A stretch of 27,972 bases of DNA. Origin: an uncultured bacterium (lineage in GTDB: Bacteria; Hydrogenedentota; Hydrogenedentia; Hydrogenedentales; JAEUWI01). Positions within the stretch are counted from its first letter, which is position 1, and the number at the start of each line of letters is the position of its first letter. This document shows positions 16,801-26,510 of the stretch, piece by piece. The notes beneath the pieces are model-generated. The model saw only the letters and a program-made list of their open reading frames with translations. It had not been told where the DNA came from and searched no databases. A program made the position numbers and the translations under genes. The stretch covers positions 1 to 27,972 of the forward strand of contig CAXBPH010000070.1 of assembly GCA_963977445.1 (NCBI GenBank), given 5' to 3'.

Positions 16801-18371
16801 GTTTGTTTTCTAACCACACGGGCGGATGGGTCCGCAACGCGACACTGGGTACGGCCCTTTCTGGCCTGTTGTTTTCCGGATGTACTACCCACTACCGGGA
16901 GTCCATCGCGGCCTATCGGTCGGCCGAACCCAGCCCGTTCTACCAGCGCACACTGGAATGGGCCGATTCAGCAATAGAAGCACCCGAGGAGACGGAAGCT
17001 TTGGTGCCCGCCGATCCGGTGGAAGACGAGACCGATGTACTCAAGCCACCGGAAACAACGAACCGGCCCGCCGCCGTGGCCGCGCGGATACTCGGTGTCA
17101 CGCCGGAAACCTTCACTTCGATGCTTTCCTCTTTGGAAAAGGACGACCACCGCGACAAGGCCCTCGCGGGCACCCTCGATTGGAATACGCTCTTGCTGGT
17201 TGTCACCCGGGACAATCCCGGTGTAGCCGGAGCGCGAAACACGTGGGAAGCAACCTTGAAGCAATACAGCCAGGCCGAATACCTGGAGGGACTGCTTCAG
17301 GAATACAAGATGTTCACGCGCTACCTCAACGTGGGTGCGGGTTCCCCACTCCAAAAGGACATGAACCAACGTTTCTTTCCCTATCCGAGTACTATCACGT
17401 TCAGGGGCGAGATGATCCGGGAGCAGGTGCGCCTTGCCGAGCTTGCCTGGGAACGGGTGCTTCGCGATACCCTCGTCGAGGCTGGAACAGCCTATTTTGA
17501 CTACGTATTTCAATACTTGGGGGCGGCCACGGTCCAGGAAAACGTGTCTTTGCTCGAGGATCTTATCAACGTCGTCCAGGACCGCTACTCCACCGGGCTG
17601 GCAACCCAACCGGACATACTGCGAATACAGGCCGAACTGGAGCGCCAACGCAAGTTGCAACTAGACTTCCAGGCCCGGCAGCGCTCCCTTGCAGCGAAGC
17701 TCAATGCCCTGCTGGGCAGGCCCGGAGGCGCGTCTCTGGGCAGGCCAGCGGGAAAAATGCTGAACAGCCCGTCGAACTCTGCCGACCAACTGGCCGCTAT
17801 CGCATTGGAGCATCGCCAGGAAGTGCTGGCGCAACAGGCTCGGGTAGCACGAACTGAAATTGCCATACGCATGGGAGAAGTCATGAACCGGCCCCCATTC
17901 AGCCAGGGCTACAGCACGCTGGACCGAGGCATGATGTCGGAGGCCGCTACTGGAACACCGGGCACAGCGCCCTTCGCCGCACAACCCGACACAGCCCAAG
18001 CGCGCCCGGCCTATGCCCAGGCGGAGGCCTATCTTAGCGAAACACGCGAGCGGCTGGCCGCAGAACGGCAATCCCTGGCTCAAGTTCAACTCGATACCCA
18101 AGCGATGGCCCGAAGCTTGTTAGAGCAAGCCGGAATCGCGGATCGGCAGACGGTATTGGTACGCGATGTGGTCCTCCCCTTAAACCAATCCACCTACGAA
18201 ATTACGCTGAGTAAATACAAGGTGGGTAGCATGACCTTCCTCGACCTGTTGGACGCGGAACGCGCACTTATCGAAAGTCGTCTGGAACTCGACGAAAGCC
18301 TCCGCAATAGAAACCAGGCCATCCTCTCGATTATCAGTGTTCGGGGATTCCATGACAAACTCATACAATAA
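16797..18371 (+). CDS. TolC/OMF-family outer membrane efflux lipoprotein 2 (divergent)
   Basis: Lipobox LLFSGC. Motifs RDNPGVAGAR, AYFDY, RYSTGLATQPDILRIQAE, LNALLGRP and YKVGSMTFLDLLDAER. ATGA overlap. Confidence 0.85.
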   Translation: MSLFSNHTGGWVRNATLGTALSGLLFSGCTTHYRESIAAYRSAEPSPFYQRTLEWADSAIEAPEETEALVPADPVEDETDVLKPPETTNRPAAVAARILGVTPETFTSMLSSLEKDDHRDKALAGTLDWNTLLLVVTRDNPGVAGARNTWEATLKQYSQAEYLEGLLQEYKMFTRYLNVGAGSPLQKDMNQRFFPYPSTITFRGEMIREQVRLAELAWERVLRDTLVEAGTAYFDYVFQYLGAATVQENVSLLEDLINVVQDRYSTGLATQPDILRIQAELERQRKLQLDFQARQRSLAAKLNALLGRPGGASLGRPAGKMLNSPSNSADQLAAIALEHRQEVLAQQARVARTEIAIRMGEVMNRPPFSQGYSTLDRGMMSEAATGTPGTAPFAAQPDTAQARPAYAQAEAYLSETRERLAAERQSLAQVQLDTQAMARSLLEQAGIADRQTVLVRDVVLPLNQSTYEITLSKYKVGSMTFLDLLDAERALIESRLELDESLRNRNQAILSIISVRGFHDKLIQ

Positions 18372-18820
18372 CGGCTGACTCCTACTATCAAACAACACCT
18401 TGCAGCGATTTGGATGGGCCTCGACTGACTTATTGTCGGTAAGGCCATTTCATTTGACCGGGCAACGTCCGTCCGAGGTCAGGAAATCAGCCCCGAACCA
18501 ATCCTTGCCATCCCGTGGTCACTATGCCTTGTTGGCCACAATGCATATTGCGTTTATTACGATGACTGGCTCAGTGCAGTCTCCACCCATGTGGCGCACA
18601 TCATTCCCTGTGCCACGGGATCCGACAACGTGGGTCGAAGACTCGCCGGAGGTGAGTTCGTGTGTGGGGCATCAATAGTGACGTGGTCTCCAACCTCTTG
18701 AAGGGCGCCCGGTCGGTTGTCGCACGATATTTTGGTATCCCATGCCCCCTGTCATCGCAGCTCCAGGCACACGAACCGGCAGGACCGGATCGCGTGGCGC
18801 CCATTGGTACTCTGTTTAGC

Positions 18821-20182
18821 TCAGACGTCCGTCTGATTCCAGAGGCGCCCTTTCAATTTTTCGAGGAGCACGGCCAACAGAATAATCCCGCCGAATACGA
18901 TATATTGGTTGAAGGGCTTCACGTTACACAGGTTCATCCCGTTGCGCACCACCCCGATGATGAAGGCACCAATCAAGGTGCCGAAGATGCGCCCCTGTCC
19001 GCCCGCGAGGGAGGTTCCCCCCACCACCACGGCGGCAATCACATAGAGCTCATATAACTGACCGGTCTTTGGATCCCCTGTTTTTAATTCGGAACCCATG
19101 ATGATGCCCCCCAACCCGGCAAGCAAACCGCACACGGTGTAGACCGTAATCAGCACCCGATTCACGGGCACCCCCGAAAGTCGGGCCGCTTCCAGATTGC
19201 CTCCCACGGCGTAGATATAGCGCCCCAGGCGACTGTAGTTCATCAACAGAAAAGCCGCCCCATAAAAGGTCACCATGATCACGACCGATACGGGTATTCC
19301 CATCACGTCGTGATGACCCAGCCACGCGAAGGAGTCGGGCAGACTGCCCAGGGCCTGTCCCCCGGTGGCCTTATAGGCGAGTCCACGGGCGATCAGCATG
19401 ATAGCGAGGGTTACGATAAACGCCGGTATCTGGAAAGCCGTAAGCATGACGCCGGAGAACAGCCCAATGAGTCCGCAAACCAGAATAGCCGCCGCACAGG
19501 CACCAACAACCACCCCCACGCCGACGTCACTGGTCGCTCCCCCTCCGGCGGCCCAGTGAATGATCGCCGTCGCCATGCAGGCCGACAAGGCAATCAAGCT
19601 ACCGACCGATAAATCGATACCCGCCGTTATGATGACCATGGTCATGCCGATAGCAATAATAGCGATCACCACAATCTGGGTTGCCACGTTGAGCAGGTTG
19701 CCCTGGGTCAAGAAGACGGGCCACCGTTGGCCGGGTGGATGGAGAAAGGGCACGTTGGCGAGGTCGGGATGAATTTTCTCGAGAGACTGGCTGTTGAATA
19801 CATCGTTGCCCGCCGCCTGGGGCCCGGCAATAACCCTGGGCAAGGTGCCCGATGCGGCCAGTTCGACCAGGGCCTTCCGCGCATCGGCTGGGGTGCCGCC
19901 CGTATTGCCCACAACTACCCCGCCTGCCGCCTTCAAGGCCGATTCAAAGGCCTCGCCAAAAGCCACCCCATTGGCCGAATCTCGTGTGGCCACAAGCACA
20001 GGCACCTGGGCACCATAGTCAGATACAATCCGTCCCGCGAGGGTCACTGCCGCATCTTCATCCTCGCCATAACGCACGGAAATCGTCGCCGCACTGAAGC
20101 CCGCGCCCAAGGCAATCAACACGAAGACCATGCCGTAGTCCAAGGCCAATTGCTTCCATCGAAATCGCAACATGTGCACCAT
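18821..20182 (-). CDS. Sugar (ribose-type, CUT2) ABC transporter permease with an inserted extracytoplasmic domain
   Basis: Motifs AIGMTMVIITAGIDLSVGS, IPAFIVTLA, GRYIYAVGGNLEAARLSGVPV and YELYVIAAVVVGGTSLAGGQG. About 120 extra residues follow TM1. Confidence 0.92.
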   Translation of the reverse strand: MVHMLRFRWKQLALDYGMVFVLIALGAGFSAATISVRYGEDEDAAVTLAGRIVSDYGAQVPVLVATRDSANGVAFGEAFESALKAAGGVVVGNTGGTPADARKALVELAASGTLPRVIAGPQAAGNDVFNSQSLEKIHPDLANVPFLHPPGQRWPVFLTQGNLLNVATQIVVIAIIAIGMTMVIITAGIDLSVGSLIALSACMATAIIHWAAGGGATSDVGVGVVVGACAAAILVCGLIGLFSGVMLTAFQIPAFIVTLAIMLIARGLAYKATGGQALGSLPDSFAWLGHHDVMGIPVSVVIMVTFYGAAFLLMNYSRLGRYIYAVGGNLEAARLSGVPVNRVLITVYTVCGLLAGLGGIIMGSELKTGDPKTGQLYELYVIAAVVVGGTSLAGGQGRIFGTLIGAFIIGVVRNGMNLCNVKPFNQYIVFGGIILLAVLLEKLKGRLWNQTDV

Positions 20183-20416
20183 GTTTTCCTCTGCTCGCGA
20201 CGCTACGTTACGATTCTGGTCCGAGACATCCTGTTGCTTCTCCGTGTCCTCTTTACGGCAACTCCGGCAATAAACTCGAACCCGTCTCGCCTGACTCGCG
20301 CGGCATTTCCAGACTCGTACGCGGGCGTAGAGCTATCCGTCATTCCCGCGCACTGGGCTGTTGATTTAATGTGCGGATTACGAATAAAGCCTGCCAACTT
20401 GTATTTAGCGCCCGCA

Positions 20417-20504
20417 ACGTCATTCCCGCGCAGGCGGGAATCCAGTAGGTATGCTCGGTTTCTGTATTCGCGTTACTGGATCCCCGCGTTCGCGAGGATG
20501 ACGT
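20417..20504. repeat. REP-like palindromic element (GTCATTCCCGCGCAGGCGGGAATCCAG type)
   Basis: ACGTCATTCCCGCGCAGGCGGGAATCCAGTA ... TACTGGATCCCCGCGTTCGCGAGGATGACGT form an imperfect inverted pair. A partial third copy, CGTCATTCCCGCGCA, lies at 20338-20352. Confidence 0.8.
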
Positions 20505-20576
20505 GTCCATACAAACTGGCAGCCCCAGTAGACTAGACGGTCTTTTTTATGTTCAACAGGCCCCGTGCCGGGCGCA

Positions 20577-21569
20577 CTACTTCAACGTGGGATCGTTTTG
20601 GCCATCTTCCTGACGATAGAGTTCCGCAGGGATCAAACGCTCCGGTTCCATGAGGACTCCGGAAAAGTACTCGGAAATCATGGTCACCATTTCCTGTCCC
20701 ATCTTGTCGGGAAACTGAATCGGGTCCGCGTAAATTTTGCCATCCTTGATGGCCTGCTTCCCATCGGGCTGACCGTCGAAGCCGATAAGGGTTACCTGCT
20801 CTGACTTGTCCGCCTTTTCCAGTGCCGCCAGGGCACCCAGTGCGCCGGGGTCGTTAATCGCAAAAATTCCCGAGAGGTTGGGGTGCGCCGTGAGAATATC
20901 CTGAGTCGCCTTGAAACCGGGGTCCCGTTGACCCTCGCAGGGCAAACGCTTCACCACGGTAATTTTCCCCGATCCCAATCCTTCGTTGTAGGCGTTGATA
21001 ACGTCATCAAAGCCCGCAACGCGATGGAGACAGGAAGCCGCCGGGTCATGGGTCAGTATGGCAATTTCACCCCCCTGACTGCCCAGCGCCTCAATCATGG
21101 CTTCGCCCGCCAGGCGACCGCCCTGATAGTTGTCCGTTGCAATATGGCCGGCAATCTTTACCCCCGAAGCCGTGCACTCAAGGTCACAGGTAAACACGGG
21201 AATCCCCGCATCGTTGGCCTCGCTGATGGCCGCCCCAATCGCTTCCGAATCCGCCGGGTTCAACACAATCGCGTCTACCTTGCTCACCACAAAGTCACGA
21301 ATCTGATCCATCTGCTTGGCCACATCGGCCTCGGCGCTTACCACCCGCACTTCATAGCCATGCTTGGCCGCTTCCGATTGGATGTTTTCCGCGATCACTT
21401 CAAAAAAAGGATTGTTGGAATTCATCTTGGAATAGCCGATGACCTTGGCCGCCGGTGCGCTTCCACCGTCCTTCGGGACGTCACCCTCCGTATCACCGCC
21501 ATTGCCGCACCCAGCGACAAGGCCCGCTAAGCTCAAAACTACGACTCCGAATACACGTGCTCTCATCAT
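20577..21569 (-). CDS. Sugar ABC transporter substrate-binding lipoprotein (RbsB-like, periplasmic binding protein type 1)
   Basis: Lipobox LVAGC. Motifs NNPFF, DAIVLNPADS, AGIPVFT, ATDNYQGGRLAG, IFAINDPGALGA and IGFDG. RBS AAAGGAG before ATG 21569. Confidence 0.92.
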   Translation of the reverse strand: MMRARVFGVVVLSLAGLVAGCGNGGDTEGDVPKDGGSAPAAKVIGYSKMNSNNPFFEVIAENIQSEAAKHGYEVRVVSAEADVAKQMDQIRDFVVSKVDAIVLNPADSEAIGAAISEANDAGIPVFTCDLECTASGVKIAGHIATDNYQGGRLAGEAMIEALGSQGGEIAILTHDPAASCLHRVAGFDDVINAYNEGLGSGKITVVKRLPCEGQRDPGFKATQDILTAHPNLSGIFAINDPGALGALAALEKADKSEQVTLIGFDGQPDGKQAIKDGKIYADPIQFPDKMGQEMVTMISEYFSGVLMEPERLIPAELYRQEDGQNDPTLK

Positions 21570-21793
21570 GCGCTCCTTTCGCCACTCAGCATTGAATCCT
21601 AACAACCGGACGATAGCTTGTCAATTACGCGTCGGCGAACCATCATGATACACCGCCGGGATCCTGCTCCGTCCATGCACCGAAGTGACTCCACCCCGAC
21701 ATATCGGTCTCATTGGATTCGTAGAACATATTGTCACACACCCGCCAACCCTGCTATCGTATGCCCAGACATGCGGCATAGAGCAAAAAGGAG

Positions 21794-22798
21794 ATGCAAG
21801 TCATCATGCAAAGCGATACCACACGACACTGGCCTCTACTGGCCTGCTGCCTCCTCTTGGCGACGGGTTGGGCATCCGCAGAGTTGCAAAACGTCGTTTT
21901 TAACGGTAATTACAGTCTTAAGGACGAATCGCGGGTAGCGCACGTGTCCCCCGTAGTTCTCGACAACTCGGGCAATGCTTCTGGTCACATTCGAATGGAG
22001 ACCAGTGAGCTAATTGGACACAATTCTTCCTTCGCGTATGTTCAGAAGGTGGCCATCCCCGCTCGGCTAACGCCAAAAAGTTATCAGAATCTGGCCCGGG
22101 TTTTCCTCTCTATCTATATTGGCCGGCCCTCGGGCCCGTCGGGCGACATGGACTTCGCCGTCACGGTGAGTGGTCACGAAACCACTGTTCCGCCGTACCG
22201 CGTGTACACCGGCCTCATTTTGGAGCCTGGCTGGCACCCCATATTGATTGATATGGGACCTTGGGCCGGGCAGGTGGTCAACCTCTCATTCCAGGCGGCC
22301 TGGCTCGAAGGCAATGCTCAGGACGTCATCCTCGGCTTGCCCCGACTTGTTGCCTGTCACGGCCCGTCCTATGAGGGCAGTGGTGGATTAAGTAGCGGCC
22401 CCCACTATCATGGCCGAGGGTCGATTCATCGTAAAGGTGGTTGTACTGTCCACGTGGATGGCACGGTGATGGAAGGAGGTCCCCTCATGCTGGAACGCTT
22501 TGACGTAATCAAAAGCGCCACCATGCATATGCAATCGGAGCTGCAAGACTACACCGCCACCTTGCTCCCTGGCTTCCATTGGCTGCCCCTTCAATTGCCT
22601 ATACAGTCCGAGTGCAAGGTCCTCACGGGGTGCATCGAAGGTGTTGTAGAACAAGGGCCCATCGATGTAATTCCCAATTTCATGATCGACGACAAGGCGC
22701 GCCTGGAAAGCATCGTCAAGAACCTCGACCCCGAGTTGGACATCCCGCTGCCTCCCCAGCTTTTTAAGTCCGTATCAGTCGTGCCGTCTTCCCCTTGA
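21794..22798 (+). CDS. Hypothetical protein with predicted signal peptide
   Basis: 334-aa ORF filling the intergenic gap. N-terminal WPLLACCLLLATGWASA. The start may be 21806. Confidence 0.65.
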   Translation: MQVIMQSDTTRHWPLLACCLLLATGWASAELQNVVFNGNYSLKDESRVAHVSPVVLDNSGNASGHIRMETSELIGHNSSFAYVQKVAIPARLTPKSYQNLARVFLSIYIGRPSGPSGDMDFAVTVSGHETTVPPYRVYTGLILEPGWHPILIDMGPWAGQVVNLSFQAAWLEGNAQDVILGLPRLVACHGPSYEGSGGLSSGPHYHGRGSIHRKGGCTVHVDGTVMEGGPLMLERFDVIKSATMHMQSELQDYTATLLPGFHWLPLQLPIQSECKVLTGCIEGVVEQGPIDVIPNFMIDDKARLESIVKNLDPELDIPLPPQLFKSVSVVPSSP

Positions 22799-22860
22799 GA
22801 CCCACCCGATATGACCACCGTAGTTCGTGGTGAAACACCTTCGAAAAAGCTATGCCACCG

Positions 22861-24189
22861 CTACCCGTCGGCTGAACCTTTCTGGTCCGCCAACAACCCC
22901 CGCACCACCTGCGCACGCTCGCTGAGGTCATCGCGATCGTTGGGTTCCTGAATACTTTCTTCGCTTTCACGCTCAATCATTTCGACCTGGCGCAACACGG
23001 CCTGACGGTCTTCCTCTCCCCGTGTCTGGCGGGCCACTTCGGCCAGGGCTTCCACGATACGCATTAATACAGCGGTGTCCGAACGACCGTGTTGACGAAT
23101 CTGATTGAATGCCGACGCAATAAAATCCGCGAGTGTAATAGCAGGAATGACCACACGCAATCCATCGTCCTCATCAAAAAACAGAGAGGGTGGGAGGTCT
23201 CGCTGGGCGATACGACCCAGCGCCGCACCCAGCCGATCAACACAATTCATCGCCGTAAACGGATCATTCACGCCGGGGGATAGTGCCCGTACGGCAAGTT
23301 CCACCAATTCCAGCAACGCACATTCCACGTCCTGTCGGGGCGTACGCCGTGAGCCCGTCACCACACATTGGTTGACCGCCTCTTCCAGTTCGTCAGGACA
23401 AGTGCCTTCGCCATGGAAATCCGCCAGCACCATACCCTGACAGAGGAATTGTCCCGGACGGTATCGTAGCCGGATGACACCCCCGGCCTGTTTGGCGTAT
23501 TCCGTGAGTTCGACGGTGTCGATACCCTGCACGTAGCCTTCTTGCTGGGCAGGAACGGAGGCGATACACGGTGGCAGGGAGTCACAGTGTTGCGCCGATT
23601 TCTCCGTCCCTTCATCCCCACAGGCAGGACAGAGGCGATGTATCGAATCCTCGAGATCTCGGGCCACACGGAGCACCACATTCGGCGCTTGAATTAAATC
23701 GGCGATAGTCTGCACAAAATGGATAAGGTAAATGAGATTGAATACGGCCGCAGCGATGCCTGCATAGACCGAAAAATGGGGAACGAATTGCCAATCTTCG
23801 CCACCCCGAATGGTCGCCAACACCACCAATGCGTAGAGGGCCGTTGCCACAAAGGTCCCCAAGGCTACCTGGGTCGCATGATTATTCAGAAAGCTCCGAA
23901 GCAGGCGTGGCCCGAATTGCGATGCCGCGATGGACAGGGTCAGGATGGTCAGGGAGAACACCAGACTGAGCACCGTTGCCATTACGCCCGCAATGGTCGA
24001 AAGCAGGGTCCGGGCGGAATCCGGAACTATTCTCAGCCAGGTGGCATGCTCAATGACGGCCCCACCAAAACGTCGATCCAGATAGGGAAAGGCAAGCGAC
24101 GCAAACAGGGCAAACAGGATGAATGCGGAGGGCACAAACCAATAGCTTCCCGTCATACGATCCCAGAAATTGACCAAGCGCGCGCGCAT
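22861..24189 (-). CDS. DUF2254-family membrane protein
   Basis: Motifs SYWFVP, ARTLLSTIAG, AASQFGPRLLRSF, GYVQGID, RTPRQD and AVRALSPGVNDPFTAMNCVDRL. Confidence 0.9.
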   Translation of the reverse strand: MRARLVNFWDRMTGSYWFVPSAFILFALFASLAFPYLDRRFGGAVIEHATWLRIVPDSARTLLSTIAGVMATVLSLVFSLTILTLSIAASQFGPRLLRSFLNNHATQVALGTFVATALYALVVLATIRGGEDWQFVPHFSVYAGIAAAVFNLIYLIHFVQTIADLIQAPNVVLRVARDLEDSIHRLCPACGDEGTEKSAQHCDSLPPCIASVPAQQEGYVQGIDTVELTEYAKQAGGVIRLRYRPGQFLCQGMVLADFHGEGTCPDELEEAVNQCVVTGSRRTPRQDVECALLELVELAVRALSPGVNDPFTAMNCVDRLGAALGRIAQRDLPPSLFFDEDDGLRVVIPAITLADFIASAFNQIRQHGRSDTAVLMRIVEALAEVARQTRGEEDRQAVLRQVEMIERESEESIQEPNDRDDLSERAQVVRGLLADQKGSADG

Positions 24190-24343
24190 CTGTAACTCCT
24201 CACCTTATAGCCCGGCCCAAGGCGAGTCCCCGGACGATACGGCCTGTCCGATCACGTTGCGATTCACTCCACGACGTGCTCTAATGACATGATACACACC
24301 AAGCCAATCAAAACGACAACCTGCACCATGGAAACCCTCAACC

Positions 24344-25258
24344 ATGCCCAAGCCTGCCATCGCTGTTTTACTGCTCCTAATCTCGTCCTTGGTCTCCTTC
24401 CACAGCGCCGTCGCTGAGCCGGTCGTTGGCAGCGAGGCCCACAAACTACTCACCGCCTTTTACGATTACGACGCCACCATCCCCCTGGAGGCCCGCATCG
24501 TTGAACACAAGGAGGAAGAGAACACCATTCGGGAAAAAATCATCTTTCGGGGTGTTCGCGCTGCCCTCGTTCCCGGCTACCTCGAATACCCCAAAGTCGG
24601 CGATGGCCCTTTCCCCTGCGTTCTCCTCATGCACGGCTGGTCGGGCGCCAAAGATCGCTGGTGGATGGATGGCGGCTACAGCCACGGTGGCGAAGTGCGG
24701 AAAGCCCTCCTGGACGCGGGCTACGCCGTCTTCGCTCTCGACGCCCAGGCCCACGGTGACCGTATCGCCGAAAACGACTACGCCGTGATCAACGACTACA
24801 ACGAACCCGGCACCCCGCCTCGGAAAAACTACTTCACCCTCCGCGACATCATCACCCAGACCATTCGCGACTACCGCCGGGGCATCGACTACCTGGAAAC
24901 CCGCAGCGATATCGACACCAAGCGCATCGGCATCGTGGGCTACAGCATGGGTGGATTCCATGCTGTTTCCCTCACCGCCGTGGAGCCACGCATCAAGGCC
25001 AGCGTGGGGTGCGTCGTGCCCGTCACCTGGCAGGAAGACCCCCTCCTCGATCCCGCCAACTACGTGGAGAGCATCGCTCCCCGCCCCTTCATGATGCTCC
25101 AGGGCAAGACCGACGGCCTCTGCAACGAAGAACAGGCCCATGCCCTCTTTTCCCACTTCAACCCCGACACCACCCGCCTTGTTCTCTACGATTCGGGACA
25201 CAAACTTCCCGGCGAATGGGTAAACGAAGCCATACCGTGGCTGGTGGAGCGGTTGTAG
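24344..25258 (+). CDS. Secreted alpha/beta-fold hydrolase (esterase/peptidase-like)
   Basis: Signal peptide, LMHGWSG oxyanion motif, nucleophile GYSMGG, Asp in GKTD and His in DSGH. Confidence 0.9.
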   Translation: MPKPAIAVLLLLISSLVSFHSAVAEPVVGSEAHKLLTAFYDYDATIPLEARIVEHKEEENTIREKIIFRGVRAALVPGYLEYPKVGDGPFPCVLLMHGWSGAKDRWWMDGGYSHGGEVRKALLDAGYAVFALDAQAHGDRIAENDYAVINDYNEPGTPPRKNYFTLRDIITQTIRDYRRGIDYLETRSDIDTKRIGIVGYSMGGFHAVSLTAVEPRIKASVGCVVPVTWQEDPLLDPANYVESIAPRPFMMLQGKTDGLCNEEQAHALFSHFNPDTTRLVLYDSGHKLPGEWVNEAIPWLVERL

Positions 25259-25314
25259 TGGACGCAACTCGGTGAAATGACCTTCTGTGGCAAAAAAATC
25301 GATAAAAAGGTGTT

Positions 25315-25355
25315 TTCATACTAAATCAGTATGAATTAGTATGAAATTAGTATTT
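25315..25355. promoter_or_regulatory. AT-rich operator-like repeat upstream of the ChaN-family gene
   Basis: TTCATACT-AAATC-AGTATGAA perfect inverted repeat, then direct copies TTAGTATGAA and ATTAGTATTT. Confidence 0.4.
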
Positions 25356-25464
25356 CGTAAGTGACTACGGACCCTATATTTACATTCCTTTGAAGTTTTG
25401 GAAATGATTCTGTTATTGTTACTAAACAAAAGTTGTAACAACATTAGCCCCACCTCTACATCGG

Positions 25465-26463
25465 ATGATTTCCATGCTCGCTACTGCACTGCGCACGATG
25501 CCCACGCTCCTTACGCTCCTACTCGTCGCCGGGTGTGCCACCACTGGCCATCACTCTGGCACAACACAGGCCGAAGAGGAAACACCGAGCATTGCGCCCC
25601 AGGCAATGACCCTGGTGACCGCCGATAACACAACCATCACGTGGGACGCCCTCATCGAACAGGCGGCAGCCGCCGATGTCATCATCCTCGGTGAACAGCA
25701 TGATGACCTCCTTGGGCACCAGTTCCAGACCGCACTCGTCACGGCCCTCCTCGAAAAGCAGCCTGTGGCCGTCTGCCTGGAAATGCTGGAACGCGATGAG
25801 CAGGCCTTCGTCGACGCATATCTAGCCGACACCATCACCCAGGAAACCCTGGTCGACGTGACCGACTCCAAAGACTGGGGTGCCAAGGGCAAGTGGGATC
25901 ATTTCTACCAGCCCACCGTCGACGCCGCGAAAAGCGCCAAGGCCCCCGTCATCGCCGCAAACGCACCCCGTCGTTTCACCCGCCTTGGTCGTTTCGAAGA
26001 CTTCGACGGGCTGGCCGCCTTCACCGAGGACTACCCCAATCAGTTTGTGGTGCCCACAGCCATCGAGCAGGGCGACTACGCCGAGCGTTTCAAAGACACC
26101 ATGCGCCACCACAGCGCACCACCAACCCCTGCGAAGAAAAAGGGCAAAAAGAAAGCACCCGAAATGGGCGGCATGCCCCCGTTGACGGAAGAAAAGCTGG
26201 AGTCATTTTTCCGTGCCCAACAAGTTTGGGACGCCACCATGGCCGACAGTGTGGTAAAAGCCCAGGCCACCCACGGCAAAGCCGTCCTTCTCATTGGTCA
26301 GTTCCACACCGACCACAACGGCGGCACCCTCCTTCGCATGAAAGCCGCCGCGCCCGATTTGAACTACCTCACCATCAGCCTCCAGCGGGATAGCGAAACC
26401 ACCCTCCGCGAAGAAGACAAAGATCGTGCGGACGTCGTAGTTTTTCGCCCCACGCAGGAATAG
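25465..26463 (+). CDS. ChaN-family (DUF399) lipoprotein
   Basis: Lipobox LVAGC. Motifs ADVIILGEQHD, LEMLERD, PVIAANAPR, AQQVWDATMA and GQFH. The start may be a downstream Met. Confidence 0.88.
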   Translation: MISMLATALRTMPTLLTLLLVAGCATTGHHSGTTQAEEETPSIAPQAMTLVTADNTTITWDALIEQAAAADVIILGEQHDDLLGHQFQTALVTALLEKQPVAVCLEMLERDEQAFVDAYLADTITQETLVDVTDSKDWGAKGKWDHFYQPTVDAAKSAKAPVIAANAPRRFTRLGRFEDFDGLAAFTEDYPNQFVVPTAIEQGDYAERFKDTMRHHSAPPTPAKKKGKKKAPEMGGMPPLTEEKLESFFRAQQVWDATMADSVVKAQATHGKAVLLIGQFHTDHNGGTLLRMKAAAPDLNYLTISLQRDSETTLREEDKDRADVVVFRPTQE

Positions 26464-26510
26464 CCACAGCCGATTTCCTTGAGCGTCTTTCGTCGGGCAC
26501 CCGTCCAAAA

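Noticed and set aside
9135..17660. Long antisense and alternative-frame ORFs over cusB, cusA and the OMFs (for example 9135..10553 and 12719..13867)
   Set aside because: Shadow ORFs are expected from GC-rich codon usage opposite real genes.
18372..18820. Intergenic ORFs and possible island boundary
   Set aside because: No recognisable protein motif, att site, tRNA or integrase, so the metal locus cannot be called a mobile element.
20203..20397. Small ORF as a possible remnant of the ABC ATPase
   Set aside because: No ABC motifs are visible, and its internal ATG comes from the repeat sequence.
25400..25418. Fur box upstream of the ChaN-family gene
   Set aside because: Only 10 of 19 bases match GATAATGATAATCATTATC in an AT-rich region.
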